64,000 nt of DNA from an uncultured Clostridia bacterium. Lineage in GTDB: Bacteria; Bacillota; Clostridia; Christensenellales; UBA1242. The notes beneath the pieces are model-generated. The model saw nothing but the letters and a program-made list of their open reading frames with translations. It ran no database searches and was not told where the DNA came from. A program made the translations under genes and the position numbers. Location: positions 106,899 through 170,898 of the forward strand of contig CALVMV010000002.1 of NCBI GenBank assembly GCA_944349375.1. The letters are read 5' to 3'. Shown here piece by piece: positions 54,846 to 62,941 of this stretch (the first letter of the stretch is position 1; every line of letters begins with the position of its first letter).

Positions 54846-55196
54846 CTAAACTCTAACACCAACAACATGGACATTAACTGCATCAACAAGCATCCCGGTA
54901 AAATTTTCTACCGAGTATTTAACTGATTTGCGAAGAGATTCAGCAACAGCACTTATAGAAACGCCATATTTTAAAATGCAGTAAACATCAATGTAAATAC
55001 GGTTATCAATATGACTTATTTTAATACCTTTAGAATAAGATTCTTTTTTAAGTAATTCACGGGCGCTATCAACAAGAGTTTTTGAAACCAAATCGACAAC
55101 ACCATAGCAATCAAGGACAGCATAACCCGCAACAACCCTAATGGCGTTGTCGGAAATAGAAATGTTGCCATAATAATTATTTGTATCGACTGTCAA
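54846..55196 (-). CDS. Asp23/Gls24-family envelope stress protein (YloU-like)
   Basis: ISDNAIRVVAGYAVLDCYGVV is typical of Asp23. TTG start with an AAGGGGG RBS. The position upstream of yloV and divergent from rpmB matches Bacillus. Confidence 0.85.
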   Translation of the reverse strand: MTVDTNNYYGNISISDNAIRVVAGYAVLDCYGVVDLVSKTLVDSARELLKKESYSKGIKISHIDNRIYIDVYCILKYGVSISAVAESLRKSVKYSVENFTGMLVDAVNVHVVGVRV

Positions 55197-55361
55197 AGGA
55201 AAAGCCCCCTTACAAAGTGAATTAACAAAGATAGTTCAATTAAAAGAACATCTTTACTTAAATATATTACTACACAAAAACGAAAAATACAAACAAAATG
55301 CTTACTTTTTTGTATAAAAATAATATAAACTTTTCTAAAAACAAAAAAATACAAAAAAAGA

Positions 55362-55391
55362 GTTGCTTTTTTGTAAAAAAAATGATATAGT
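55362..55391 (+). promoter_or_regulatory. sigma-A-type promoter of rpmB
   Basis: TTGCTT, 18 nt, then TGaTATAGT. Confidence 0.45.
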
Positions 55392-55422
55392 AAAGTGCAA
55401 AGAAAAATTATGGGAGGAAATT

Positions 55423-55605
55423 ATGAGCAGAACATGTGACATTTGTGGAAGAGGAAAATCGACAGGAAAACAAGTTTCTTTCTCAAACAAAAAATACAAC
55501 AGAACATATGAACTTAACCTTCAACAAACAGTAATTGAAGTTGATGGAAAACCTGTAAAAGTAAAAGCCTGCACAAAATGTATTAAAACAGCAAAAAAAG
55601 CATAA
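55423..55605 (+). CDS. rpmB: 50S ribosomal protein L28 (Cys-containing form)
   Basis: MSRTCDICGRGKSTGKQVSFSNKK... and a GGGAGG RBS. The track ORF starts 60 nt too early. Confidence 0.93.
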   Translation: MSRTCDICGRGKSTGKQVSFSNKKYNRTYELNLQQTVIEVDGKPVKVKACTKCIKTAKKA

Positions 55606-55628
55606 CCTTTTTTCGCTTATTTTTTATG

Positions 55629-55658
55629 ACTTGAGTTAAAACAGCTCAAGTTTTTTTG
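55629..55658 (+). terminator. Rho-independent terminator after rpmB
   Basis: The stem ACTTGAG/CTCAAGT is followed by T7. Confidence 0.7.
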
Positions 55659-55779
55659 TTTATCGCTTAGTTTTCTTCTTTCTTTTGAAATTTCTTTAAA
55701 AATCCTGCCACCCACTTTGGCGCTTTAATGCAGATGATACGGAATTTTTTTTCCTCTTTTTGTTTTTTCATAATATCTT

Positions 55780-57876
55780 TTATTCTCCTTTTAATTTTTT
55801 TGTGCAATGTTTTGAACAATTTTCACAATTTTTAATGCAGACTTTGTTTCTTTTTATCTTTTTGACAATAACAATTATGCTTATAAGAATAGATAGCACA
55901 GCAAATACTAACAATAAAAAATATCCTGTTCCTAGCAAGTTAAATATTTTAACCAAGTTATAGAAAAACATTGCAACAAAATAGGCTATTACAAATTGCG
56001 TTATCGCACCAAAAATCATCCACTTTTTACCAATCTCTTTAGACAAAACTCCCATAGAAGCTAAACAAGGGAAATAAAGCAAACAAAATACAAGATAAGA
56101 AATCACCGATGCAGAAGATACAAAAAAGACAGAATTATTTGCATCTTTTATAGAAAGGGCAAATTCATCTGCCCCACCATTGACATTATTAAATAGCATA
56201 ATAGAAGACACTATAACTTCTTTTGCTATTAACCCAGCAATCAAAGCAGAAACAAGGCCCCAACTTCCAAAACCTAAAGGTATAAAAATTGGAGCAAAGA
56301 TTCTACCTAAACTCTGCAAAATACTTTCCCCACCAGCACTATTTACATACTGAAAAGTGAAAGAAAAATTCGAAAGGACCCAAATAATTACATTCATTGT
56401 GATAATTAGAGTTCCAACTCTTACAAGAAACAACTTTACATTTTTAAAGAAAACGCCTAACAACTGTTTGGCAGATACCGACCTGTATGGAGGAAATTCT
56501 AATATAAAAGATTGCTCTTTACTTTTTAAAATAGTTTTTTCATAAATCATGCTAATTGTAACAGCAACAATTACCCCTAGAATGTAAAGTCCCATGATCA
56601 CAAAAATATTGCTAGCCCCAAAAAAAGCCCCACCAATGCAAACATAAATTGGAAACTTTGCACTGCAGCTCATGTAAGGAGTTAAAAGAGCAGTTTTTAT
56701 TTTTGCATTTTTGTCTTCCATATTTCTAGCTGTCAAAATAGCAGTAGTAGAACACCCAAATCCCATTAAAAGAGTATAAACACTTTTCCCTGAAAGCCCA
56801 ACTTTAGAAAGTATATCTTCAAACACAAAAGCAACCCTTGCCAAATATCCACTATCTTCCAAAATAGAAAGAAACACAAATAATAAAGCTACTTGTGGCA
56901 AAAAAGACAGAACCGAGCCAACCCCTCCAAATATAGCACTATCAAAAAAGCCATATATCCAGCTTGAAGTCCCAACAATTTTCCCAATCCAATTTAGCAA
57001 AGGATTAGAGATAAATTTTTCAAGCAAAAAAGCTAGACCATCAGAAAGAAATGCTCCCACAGAAAAGAATGTCAAATAAAACACCCCAGCCATTACCAAA
57101 AGAAAAATAGGCAATGCTAAAAATTTATTAAGAACAATTTTGTCAATTTTACTTTGACCATAAATTTTTGAATCTTTACTAACACAAAGATTTAATATTT
57201 TATCAATGTAATCATATCTTGCTTTAGCAACAATTTCTGAACCATTGAAATTGTTTTTTAAGTTAAACTTTGCCTTAATATTCTCATCATCTTCTAGCAT
57301 TTTTATAGCAAAAAAATCTTTTAACATGTTATTTTTATCTATCAAATTATAGCAATTTTGCAAAGGAAGTTTTTTAATATAAGGCAAACAATAATTTTTA
57401 TGCTGAAAAGATGAAATCTCTTGCTTCAATTTTTCTACACTACTCTTATTTGATGCGTCTATTGATAACACCCTAATGCCTAATTGTTTTTCTAAACCAA
57501 TTAAATCAATTTTCCTTAATCGTTTTTTTTCAATTTGGTTAACAACAACAATTATATTTGCTCCCAATTCCATAAGACCAAGAGTTAAATATAAATTTCT
57601 TTGCAAATTATTGTAATCGCAAATATTTACCACTACATCATTTTTATGAGAAAGGAGATAATCGGTCGCCACTTTTTCTTCAAAAGACAAACTTGATAAT
57701 GAATAAATACCTGGCAAATCAACAATTTCTATTGGTGTGTTTTTATAATTAATTGTTATACTTTTTTCTTCTACAGTTACTCCATGCCAATTCCCTACAT
57801 GTTCTTTAGCTCCTGTCAAAGTGTTAAACAAAGTTGTTTTACCAGTGTTTGGATTTCCAATTAAACTAACTCTCAT
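55780..57876 (-). CDS. feoB: ferrous iron transporter FeoB with C-terminal Cys-rich tail
   Basis: The G-domain motif GNPNTGKTTLFN and a polytopic permease are present. The last ~45 aa form a TM helix plus VCIKNCENCSKHC. Confidence 0.93.
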   Translation of the reverse strand: MRVSLIGNPNTGKTTLFNTLTGAKEHVGNWHGVTVEEKSITINYKNTPIEIVDLPGIYSLSSLSFEEKVATDYLLSHKNDVVVNICDYNNLQRNLYLTLGLMELGANIIVVVNQIEKKRLRKIDLIGLEKQLGIRVLSIDASNKSSVEKLKQEISSFQHKNYCLPYIKKLPLQNCYNLIDKNNMLKDFFAIKMLEDDENIKAKFNLKNNFNGSEIVAKARYDYIDKILNLCVSKDSKIYGQSKIDKIVLNKFLALPIFLLVMAGVFYLTFFSVGAFLSDGLAFLLEKFISNPLLNWIGKIVGTSSWIYGFFDSAIFGGVGSVLSFLPQVALLFVFLSILEDSGYLARVAFVFEDILSKVGLSGKSVYTLLMGFGCSTTAILTARNMEDKNAKIKTALLTPYMSCSAKFPIYVCIGGAFFGASNIFVIMGLYILGVIVAVTISMIYEKTILKSKEQSFILEFPPYRSVSAKQLLGVFFKNVKLFLVRVGTLIITMNVIIWVLSNFSFTFQYVNSAGGESILQSLGRIFAPIFIPLGFGSWGLVSALIAGLIAKEVIVSSIMLFNNVNGGADEFALSIKDANNSVFFVSSASVISYLVFCLLYFPCLASMGVLSKEIGKKWMIFGAITQFVIAYFVAMFFYNLVKIFNLLGTGYFLLLVFAVLSILISIIVIVKKIKRNKVCIKNCENCSKHCTKKLKGE

Positions 57877-58106
57877 CTTCCCTCCACCAAAATTTGATTT
57901 GCTATAGAACTGCGTAAAGATAAAAGATATCCCCTTATTTCAATTAAAACAACCTTGTTTAATAAAGATGAACGAATTTTTTTTACAATTTGTCCATTTG
58001 TAAAACCTAAGTCATAAAGCCTTCTTTTAATAGGCAGAGAGCAACTCTCATTGATTTTTACAATTCTTACATATTTTTGGATAGGACAAGAAGATAAAGT
58101 TACCAT
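57873..58106 (-). CDS. feoA: FeoA-family iron transport protein
   Basis: A 77-aa SH3-like protein (RRLYDLGFTNGQIV) whose stop overlaps the feoB start. Confidence 0.8.
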   Translation of the reverse strand: MVTLSSCPIQKYVRIVKINESCSLPIKRRLYDLGFTNGQIVKKIRSSLLNKVVLIEIRGYLLSLRSSIANQILVEGR

Positions 58107-58145
58107 ACAACTAATTTATTTTTTTTATTTACATAAAATGACAAA

Positions 58146-58175
58146 TAGTATAAAAATACTAAAAATATTTGCTAA
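58146..58175 (-). promoter_or_regulatory. feoAB promoter with overlapping 6-4-6 inverted repeat (candidate metalloregulator operator)
   Basis: The minus strand reads TTAGCA, 17 nt, then TATACT. The palindrome TAGTAT-N4-ATACTA (58146-58161) covers the -10 box and part of the spacer. Confidence 0.35.
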
Positions 58176-58216
58176 TAAAAGTTAAATGTGCTATATTTAG
58201 TATAAGGAGAAAAGAA

Positions 58217-58660
58217 ATGAGATGTATATATTGTGGTCATACAGAAAGCAAAGTTTTAGATTCTAGAAATACAGATGAATCTAATTCAATAAGAAGAAGA
58301 AGAGAATGTCTTAATTGTGGAAGAAGATTTACTACATATGAAACAATTGAAACAACCCCTGTTTTAGTTGTAAAAACTGATGGGTCAAGACAACCTTTTG
58401 ATAAAAACAAAGTTAAAAACGGAATTATTAAAGCTTGTGAAAAAAGACCTGTTAGCATGAATCAAATAGAGCAAATTGTTTTGGATATAGAAAAATGTGC
58501 CCAATCAAAACCTAACCAAGAAATATTATCTACAGAAATTGGAGAGATGGTTATGGATTCTCTTAAAAAATTAGATGAAGTAGCTTTTGTTAGATTTGCA
58601 TCAGTTTATAGAAAATTTGCTGATATAACTTCATTCAAAAAACTTTTAGAAAATATGTAA
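58217..58660 (+). CDS. nrdR: transcriptional repressor NrdR
   Basis: [17 protein letters not shown]...[17 protein letters not shown] is the zinc ribbon, followed by an ATP-cone. The ATG at 58217 follows AAGGAG. Confidence 0.93.
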   Translation: MRCIYCGHTESKVLDSRNTDESNSIRRRRECLNCGRRFTTYETIETTPVLVVKTDGSRQPFDKNKVKNGIIKACEKRPVSMNQIEQIVLDIEKCAQSKPNQEILSTEIGEMVMDSLKKLDEVAFVRFASVYRKFADITSFKKLLENM

Positions 58661-58690
58661 GAATTTGAAAAATCATTCATATAATACTAC

Positions 58691-59065
58691 ATGAAAAAAT
58701 TTCAATTTGCATTATTTTCTTTTGAAGAGATGATTTCAATAATATCAAAAAAAAGCATAGTCAACATCATTGAATTAAATGATTGCCTATGCTTTTTGTT
58801 TCAAAATGAAATTACAGCTTCTCAAATGTTAGATGCTATGGAGATAGCTAAACATAATTTAATTAAAAGATATCCTTCCCTTAAAAGATTTGAAAATTTC
58901 GAAATGAAATTTACAGATGGAAATGATATCTCCAAATGCAAAGAAGAAATCGAAAATTTTGTTAAAAAATATTCTAAAAAGTCTGGAAAATATTTTTTAA
59001 TTTTACCTTTACCAGAAAAAGAAAAAATTAAATTTAAAAGAATGATTCAAGAAAAAGATATGTAA
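58691..59065 (+). CDS. hypothetical protein (124 aa)
   Basis: An ORF 30 nt after nrdR. It has no clear RBS and I recognise no motifs. Confidence 0.4.
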   Translation: MKKFQFALFSFEEMISIISKKSIVNIIELNDCLCFLFQNEITASQMLDAMEIAKHNLIKRYPSLKRFENFEMKFTDGNDISKCKEEIENFVKKYSKKSGKYFLILPLPEKEKIKFKRMIQEKDM

Positions 59066-59075
59066 TAAAAATCAA

Positions 59076-60155
59076 TTATTCATCTTTTTCAAATTCATCA
59101 ATATCTATTAGACTAAAGTTTTTAGAAATATCCCCTTTAGTCAATTCAACATTTTTTAGGTTGTAATTTTTATATCTATCATCTCCAGTAACTTCCTCGC
59201 CAAACCAATCAGGCACTTTGAAAGCATTTGCTTCCTCAATCGAATCGAATTCAACTTCTACAGTTTTTAAACCTTTTAAATTTCCAAAGAAAAAATCTAT
59301 CTCAGCCATTTTGTCAGCTAAAGGATAAAGAATTCGTATCTTTTTTATTACATTGCCTTCAACTTTTTCAAGAAGTTCTAAATATTCTTTTTTTGAAATT
59401 TCGTATTCTTCCTCTTTTCTAGAAATACCCTTTCCCCATTTTTCAGTTAATATATATTTTAAATTGTCTATACATCTAATTCTGTATTCTTTTTCATCAG
59501 AATGCAAATAACCTTGCGTTATGTAATGCCTTTTACAATTCTTAAAACCCTTCGGCAACTCTTTGACCAAAAATTTTCTTTCTATCTCTTGCTTATTTTT
59601 AATATTTTTTTGTGTAAGCGATAATCTTTTTAAAACAGAATTAATAATTATATCACTACAATTTTCGTTTGAATTTAATAGCTTAAAATCGACATCTAAA
59701 TTGTTTAACATATTATAAAGTGTTACCTCATCTTCTAATGCCTGCTTTTCATCTTGATACCTACCCTCTTTTTTGTATTCATGTTTTCTTTTAATAAAAT
59801 AATTAATATTGTCAAAAGTTGAATAACAAAACATAATTAGTTCTTTAAACAAATCATCTGGTAATTGATTAAAATTCCCTTTTCTATTATAGAAAATACT
59901 AAGTAGCAAAGGAGAATCCGTTATTATTACTTGCACATTATCTCTTAATATATATTGACGATCATATTGCTCATTAAAAATAGAAAGTTGGTTGTTTAAA
60001 TGCTTAAAGTTTTCTTCATATACATATTTTTTTGCTACCTCTTGAACAAGTTCACAGTTTACTCCTAATTTTTTGAGTTTAGTATAAACATCAGAAGCCA
60101 AAGTAGATTTTCCGGAGCCTGCAGCTCCTAATAAATTAACAACAATAGTTTTCAT
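59076..60155 (-). CDS. fusion protein: P-loop kinase-like domain (NadR/AAA_28-like) plus C-terminal CYTH (triphosphate tunnel metalloenzyme) domain
   Basis: Walker A GAAGSGKST lies at aa 10-17. The C-terminal ~165 aa start with the CYTH signature EIERKFLV and have alternating charged beta strands. RBS AAGGAGG. Confidence 0.7.
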   Translation of the reverse strand: MKTIVVNLLGAAGSGKSTLASDVYTKLKKLGVNCELVQEVAKKYVYEENFKHLNNQLSIFNEQYDRQYILRDNVQVIITDSPLLLSIFYNRKGNFNQLPDDLFKELIMFCYSTFDNINYFIKRKHEYKKEGRYQDEKQALEDEVTLYNMLNNLDVDFKLLNSNENCSDIIINSVLKRLSLTQKNIKNKQEIERKFLVKELPKGFKNCKRHYITQGYLHSDEKEYRIRCIDNLKYILTEKWGKGISRKEEEYEISKKEYLELLEKVEGNVIKKIRILYPLADKMAEIDFFFGNLKGLKTVEVEFDSIEEANAFKVPDWFGEEVTGDDRYKNYNLKNVELTKGDISKNFSLIDIDEFEKDE

Positions 60156-60179
60156 AAATCCTCCTTTTTTCTATTGTTA

Positions 60180-60198
60180 ATGCGTATTCTTTACGCAT
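60180..60198. promoter_or_regulatory. palindrome ATGCGTA-N5-TACGCAT (candidate NrtR-type operator) upstream of the kinase-CYTH gene
   Basis: A perfect 7-5-7 inverted repeat 25-43 nt upstream of the ATG at 60155. The same half-sites recur at 60917-60935. Confidence 0.55.
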
Positions 60199-60212
60199 TG
60201 TTAGTTATATTT

Positions 60213-60231
60213 AAAAAGGGTTTCCCCTTTT
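60213..60231 (-). terminator. short hairpin after the Nudix regulator gene
   Basis: AAAAGGG-TTT-CCCCTTTT, flanked by A/T runs. The stem is short. Confidence 0.35.
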
Positions 60232-60241
60232 AAATATCAAG

Positions 60242-60892
60242 TTAGTTTGCAAACATATAAAGTTTTGATGGTTTTTTACCAGCAATCTCTTCTAGTTTTC
60301 CAGTTTCAATTATAATATTTTGTTGCAAAAGCCTTTTTCGAAAATTTCTCCTGTCAATATTTTTATTCAATATGCTTTCATAAGTTTTGTGCAACTGAGG
60401 TAATGTAAAATATTTTGGAAACAAGTCTTTAAGAATTGTTGTATCAAATATTTGTTTTTTTAAATATTCGATTGCATCTTCCAGAATTTCTTGGTGGTCA
60501 TAACCTAAATTCGGTATTCTATCTATCAAAAACCAATCTGCATCTTGCGTTTTTGTCGTTTCTTTCAAAAATTTAACTCTACTTGAGTCAATAACTCCAA
60601 TATATGCTATTGCAATCATACGACAAACAGGACTTCTGTCTGGTTTAGAGTAAACATTGAACATTCTATAATTAATATTTTTAAGCCCAGCTTTTTCATA
60701 CATCTCTCGTTTCATTGCACTATCAACATCTTCATTATTGTAACAAGCTCCGCCAACCAAAATCCACTTGTCTTTAAAAGGTTGATTTTTTCTTTTAATA
60801 AGAAAAACTTTTACTTTTCCGTTTTCAGTTGTAAAAAGGGCAAGCACAACATGAATGCCTTGATTTTTGTATAATGGATTTTTAATATCCAT
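60242..60892 (-). CDS. NrtR-like Nudix-related transcriptional regulator (degenerate Nudix box plus C-terminal winged helix)
   Basis: The Nudix box reads GGACYNNEDVDSAMKREMYEKAGL, with the second catalytic Glu replaced by Lys. The C-terminus FTLPQLHKTYESILNKNIDRRNFRKRL...KPSKLYMF is typical of NrtR wHTH domains. The ATG at 60892 follows GGAGGAA. Confidence 0.7.
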   Translation of the reverse strand: MDIKNPLYKNQGIHVVLALFTTENGKVKVFLIKRKNQPFKDKWILVGGACYNNEDVDSAMKREMYEKAGLKNINYRMFNVYSKPDRSPVCRMIAIAYIGVIDSSRVKFLKETTKTQDADWFLIDRIPNLGYDHQEILEDAIEYLKKQIFDTTILKDLFPKYFTLPQLHKTYESILNKNIDRRNFRKRLLQQNIIIETGKLEEIAGKKPSKLYMFAN

Positions 60893-60911
60893 ATTTCCTC
60901 CTACACTTGCC

Positions 60912-60940
60912 ATTATATGCGTATATAATACGCAAGTCAA
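60912..60940 (-). promoter_or_regulatory. sigma-A-type promoter of the NrtR-like gene, with the palindrome ATGCGTA-N5-TACGCAA (60917-60935) filling the spacer
   Basis: The minus strand reads TTGACT, 17 nt, then TATAAT. The 17-nt spacer is almost exactly the inverted repeat. Confidence 0.6.
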
Positions 60941-61020
60941 GTAATTTTTAAATCTTTTAAAAAAAAATTTGACCTAGTTTTTTTACAAGGTCAAACAAAA
61001 TAATTTAATCTAAAATAAAA

Positions 61021-61302
61021 CTATTTTTTCTGTAAAACTTGATAAGGATTTTCAGGAACGCCCTGTCCCTGAACTTCTACTAAAATTGCATCCTCACCAA
61101 TTTTTACTATACAGCCAAAAGGTATAAAAAGTTGATTGGCATTTTTAAATACATTCCAACCGGTTTTTTCCCCTGGAACCAAAATACCTAAAACTCTTGC
61201 TGAAGATAAATCAAAGATTATGTCAATAATGTGTCCTAATTTTCTACCATCTAACACATTAACAACTTCTTTACATCTTAACTCTAAAAAAGAACTTTCC
61301 AT
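61021..61302 (-). CDS. YlmC/YmxH-family sporulation protein (PRC-barrel)
   Basis: LRCKEVVNVLDGRKLGHIIDIIFD...ILVPG is the typical family sequence. 93 aa. Confidence 0.8.
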   Translation of the reverse strand: MESSFLELRCKEVVNVLDGRKLGHIIDIIFDLSSARVLGILVPGEKTGWNVFKNANQLFIPFGCIVKIGEDAILVEVQGQGVPENPYQVLQKK

Positions 61303-61338
61303 TAGTTATGTTATATGTCGAAAAAAATCAAAAAATGA

Positions 61339-62112
61339 CTAAACTAAGAAATCTTTAATAGATTTTAAAGCATTTTTTTCAAGCCTTGAAACTTGAGCCT
61401 GGCTTATACCAATTTCTTCACTTACTTCAGTCTGCGTTTTTCCAATATAATATCTCATTAACAAAATTTCTTTCTCTCTTGGTCCTAAAGTTTTTATTGC
61501 ATCTTTTATAGAGATGTTTTCATTTATATTATCCGCAGTATTTTTATTATCAGCAATTTGATCCAAAAGAGCAATAGTATCAGTCCCTTCGTTATAAATA
61601 GGATCATTTAATGATAAAGTATCACTTATTGCATCAAGAGCAAAAGTTACAGTTTTGAGAGGAACTTCTATTTTTTTGGATATTTCCTCTAATGTAGGCT
61701 CAGAAAAAGAATTTTTTGCAAGTTCTTCTTTTGCTTGCATAGCTTTAAAAGCTATATCTCTTAAAGACCTACTTACTCTTATAGAATTATTATCTCTAAG
61801 ATATCTTCTAATTTCTCCCACTATCATAGGAACTGCATAAGTTGAAAATCTGACATTTAAAGTCTCATCAAAATTATCAATAGCTTTTAAAAGACCAACG
61901 CACCCCACTTGGAACATATCATCAGCTCTATCACCTTTTGCATTAAATCTATGAACAACACTTAAAACTAATCTTAAGTTGGCAACCACAAACTGCTCTC
62001 TCGCTCTTTCATCACCAGCTTTTACTTTTTTAATTAATTCAACAATATCATTATTGCTTAGTTTAGGTAATTTTGCAGTATCAACTCCTGCTATAGAAAC
62101 TTTAGAAGACAT
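61339..62112 (-). CDS. sigG: RNA polymerase sporulation sigma factor SigG
   Basis: GVDTAKLPKL..., NLRLVLSVVHRF, FSTYAVPMIVGEIRRYLRDNNSIRVSRS. The position downstream of sigE fits. Confidence 0.9.
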   Translation of the reverse strand: MSSKVSIAGVDTAKLPKLSNNDIVELIKKVKAGDERAREQFVVANLRLVLSVVHRFNAKGDRADDMFQVGCVGLLKAIDNFDETLNVRFSTYAVPMIVGEIRRYLRDNNSIRVSRSLRDIAFKAMQAKEELAKNSFSEPTLEEISKKIEVPLKTVTFALDAISDTLSLNDPIYNEGTDTIALLDQIADNKNTADNINENISIKDAIKTLGPREKEILLMRYYIGKTQTEVSEEIGISQAQVSRLEKNALKSIKDFLV

Positions 62113-62211
62113 TTCTCTCTCCTTTGAGAAATATCTTTAACTAATAAAAATAAATTATACAAAAGCGACAAAATAAAACAAAATTTTATAATTTTTTATA
62201 AAAAATTACGA

Positions 62212-62940
62212 TTAAAACATAGATTTTTCTAATTCAAACTTCATTTCCTTGAGGATTCTTTTTTCTAACCTAGAGATATAACTTTGACTTATTCCAAGTT
62301 TATCAGCAACTTCTCTTTGCGTCAACTCATCTTGTCCAAGTAGTCCATATCTTAAAATCATAATTTCCTGCTCTCTTTTGCCTAGTTTAGCAATAAGCTG
62401 ATGAATTAAAGCTCTATCGGCTGGCTCATCTACAGCTTGGACCTCAACATCTTCATCACTAGGCAAAATATCAGATAAAACAAGTTGGTTCCCATCAAAA
62501 TCTTCACTTAAAGGCTTGTCCAAACTTATATCGTTTTTGATTTTGCTAGTTTTGCGTATTTGCATTAAAATTTCATTTTCAATGCACCTTGAAGCATAAG
62601 TTGCAAGCCTGATGTTCTTGTCTGGTTTAAAAGTTTTAACTGCTTTGATAAGCCCCACTGCACCAATAGAAATCAAATCTTCATAATCAATTTTTGTAGA
62701 TTCGAATTTTTTTGCAATAAAAGCTACTAACCTTAAATTATGTTCGACTAATTTTGTTACTGCCTCTTGGGAGCCATTATCTTTATCAATTAATAGTTGC
62801 ATTTCTTCATCATTAGATAATGTTGGTAAGAATTCTTCATTCCCACAAACATAACAGACAATATTTTTAGCTAAAATATAGTCTTTCCTATGCAACAATT
62901 TGTAAAAAAACATTTTTAATTTAAAGATCAATTTTTTCAT
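62212..62940 (-). CDS. sigE: RNA polymerase sporulation sigma factor SigE (pro-sigma-E)
   Basis: Pro-sequence MKKLIFKLKMFFYKLL, NLRLVAFIAKKF, and position directly after spoIIGA. The ATG at 62940 follows GGAGGG. Confidence 0.9.
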   Translation of the reverse strand: MKKLIFKLKMFFYKLLHRKDYILAKNIVCYVCGNEEFLPTLSNDEEMQLLIDKDNGSQEAVTKLVEHNLRLVAFIAKKFESTKIDYEDLISIGAVGLIKAVKTFKPDKNIRLATYASRCIENEILMQIRKTSKIKNDISLDKPLSEDFDGNQLVLSDILPSDEDVEVQAVDEPADRALIHQLIAKLGKREQEIMILRYGLLGQDELTQREVADKLGISQSYISRLEKRILKEMKFELEKSMF

Positions 62941-62941
62941 A

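Noticed and set aside
58176-58216. A possible NrdR box (TGTGCTATATTTAGTAT) upstream of nrdR.
   Set aside because: It is a poor palindrome and a poor match to the 16-bp NrdR-box consensus as I recall it. No nrd genes are nearby.
62113-62211. A forespore-type (sigma-F/G) promoter for sigG (GTATA ... AAAGATAT).
   Set aside because: The matches to the GTATA/GGnnAnAHTR-type consensus are partial and the spacing is ambiguous, so I did not annotate it.
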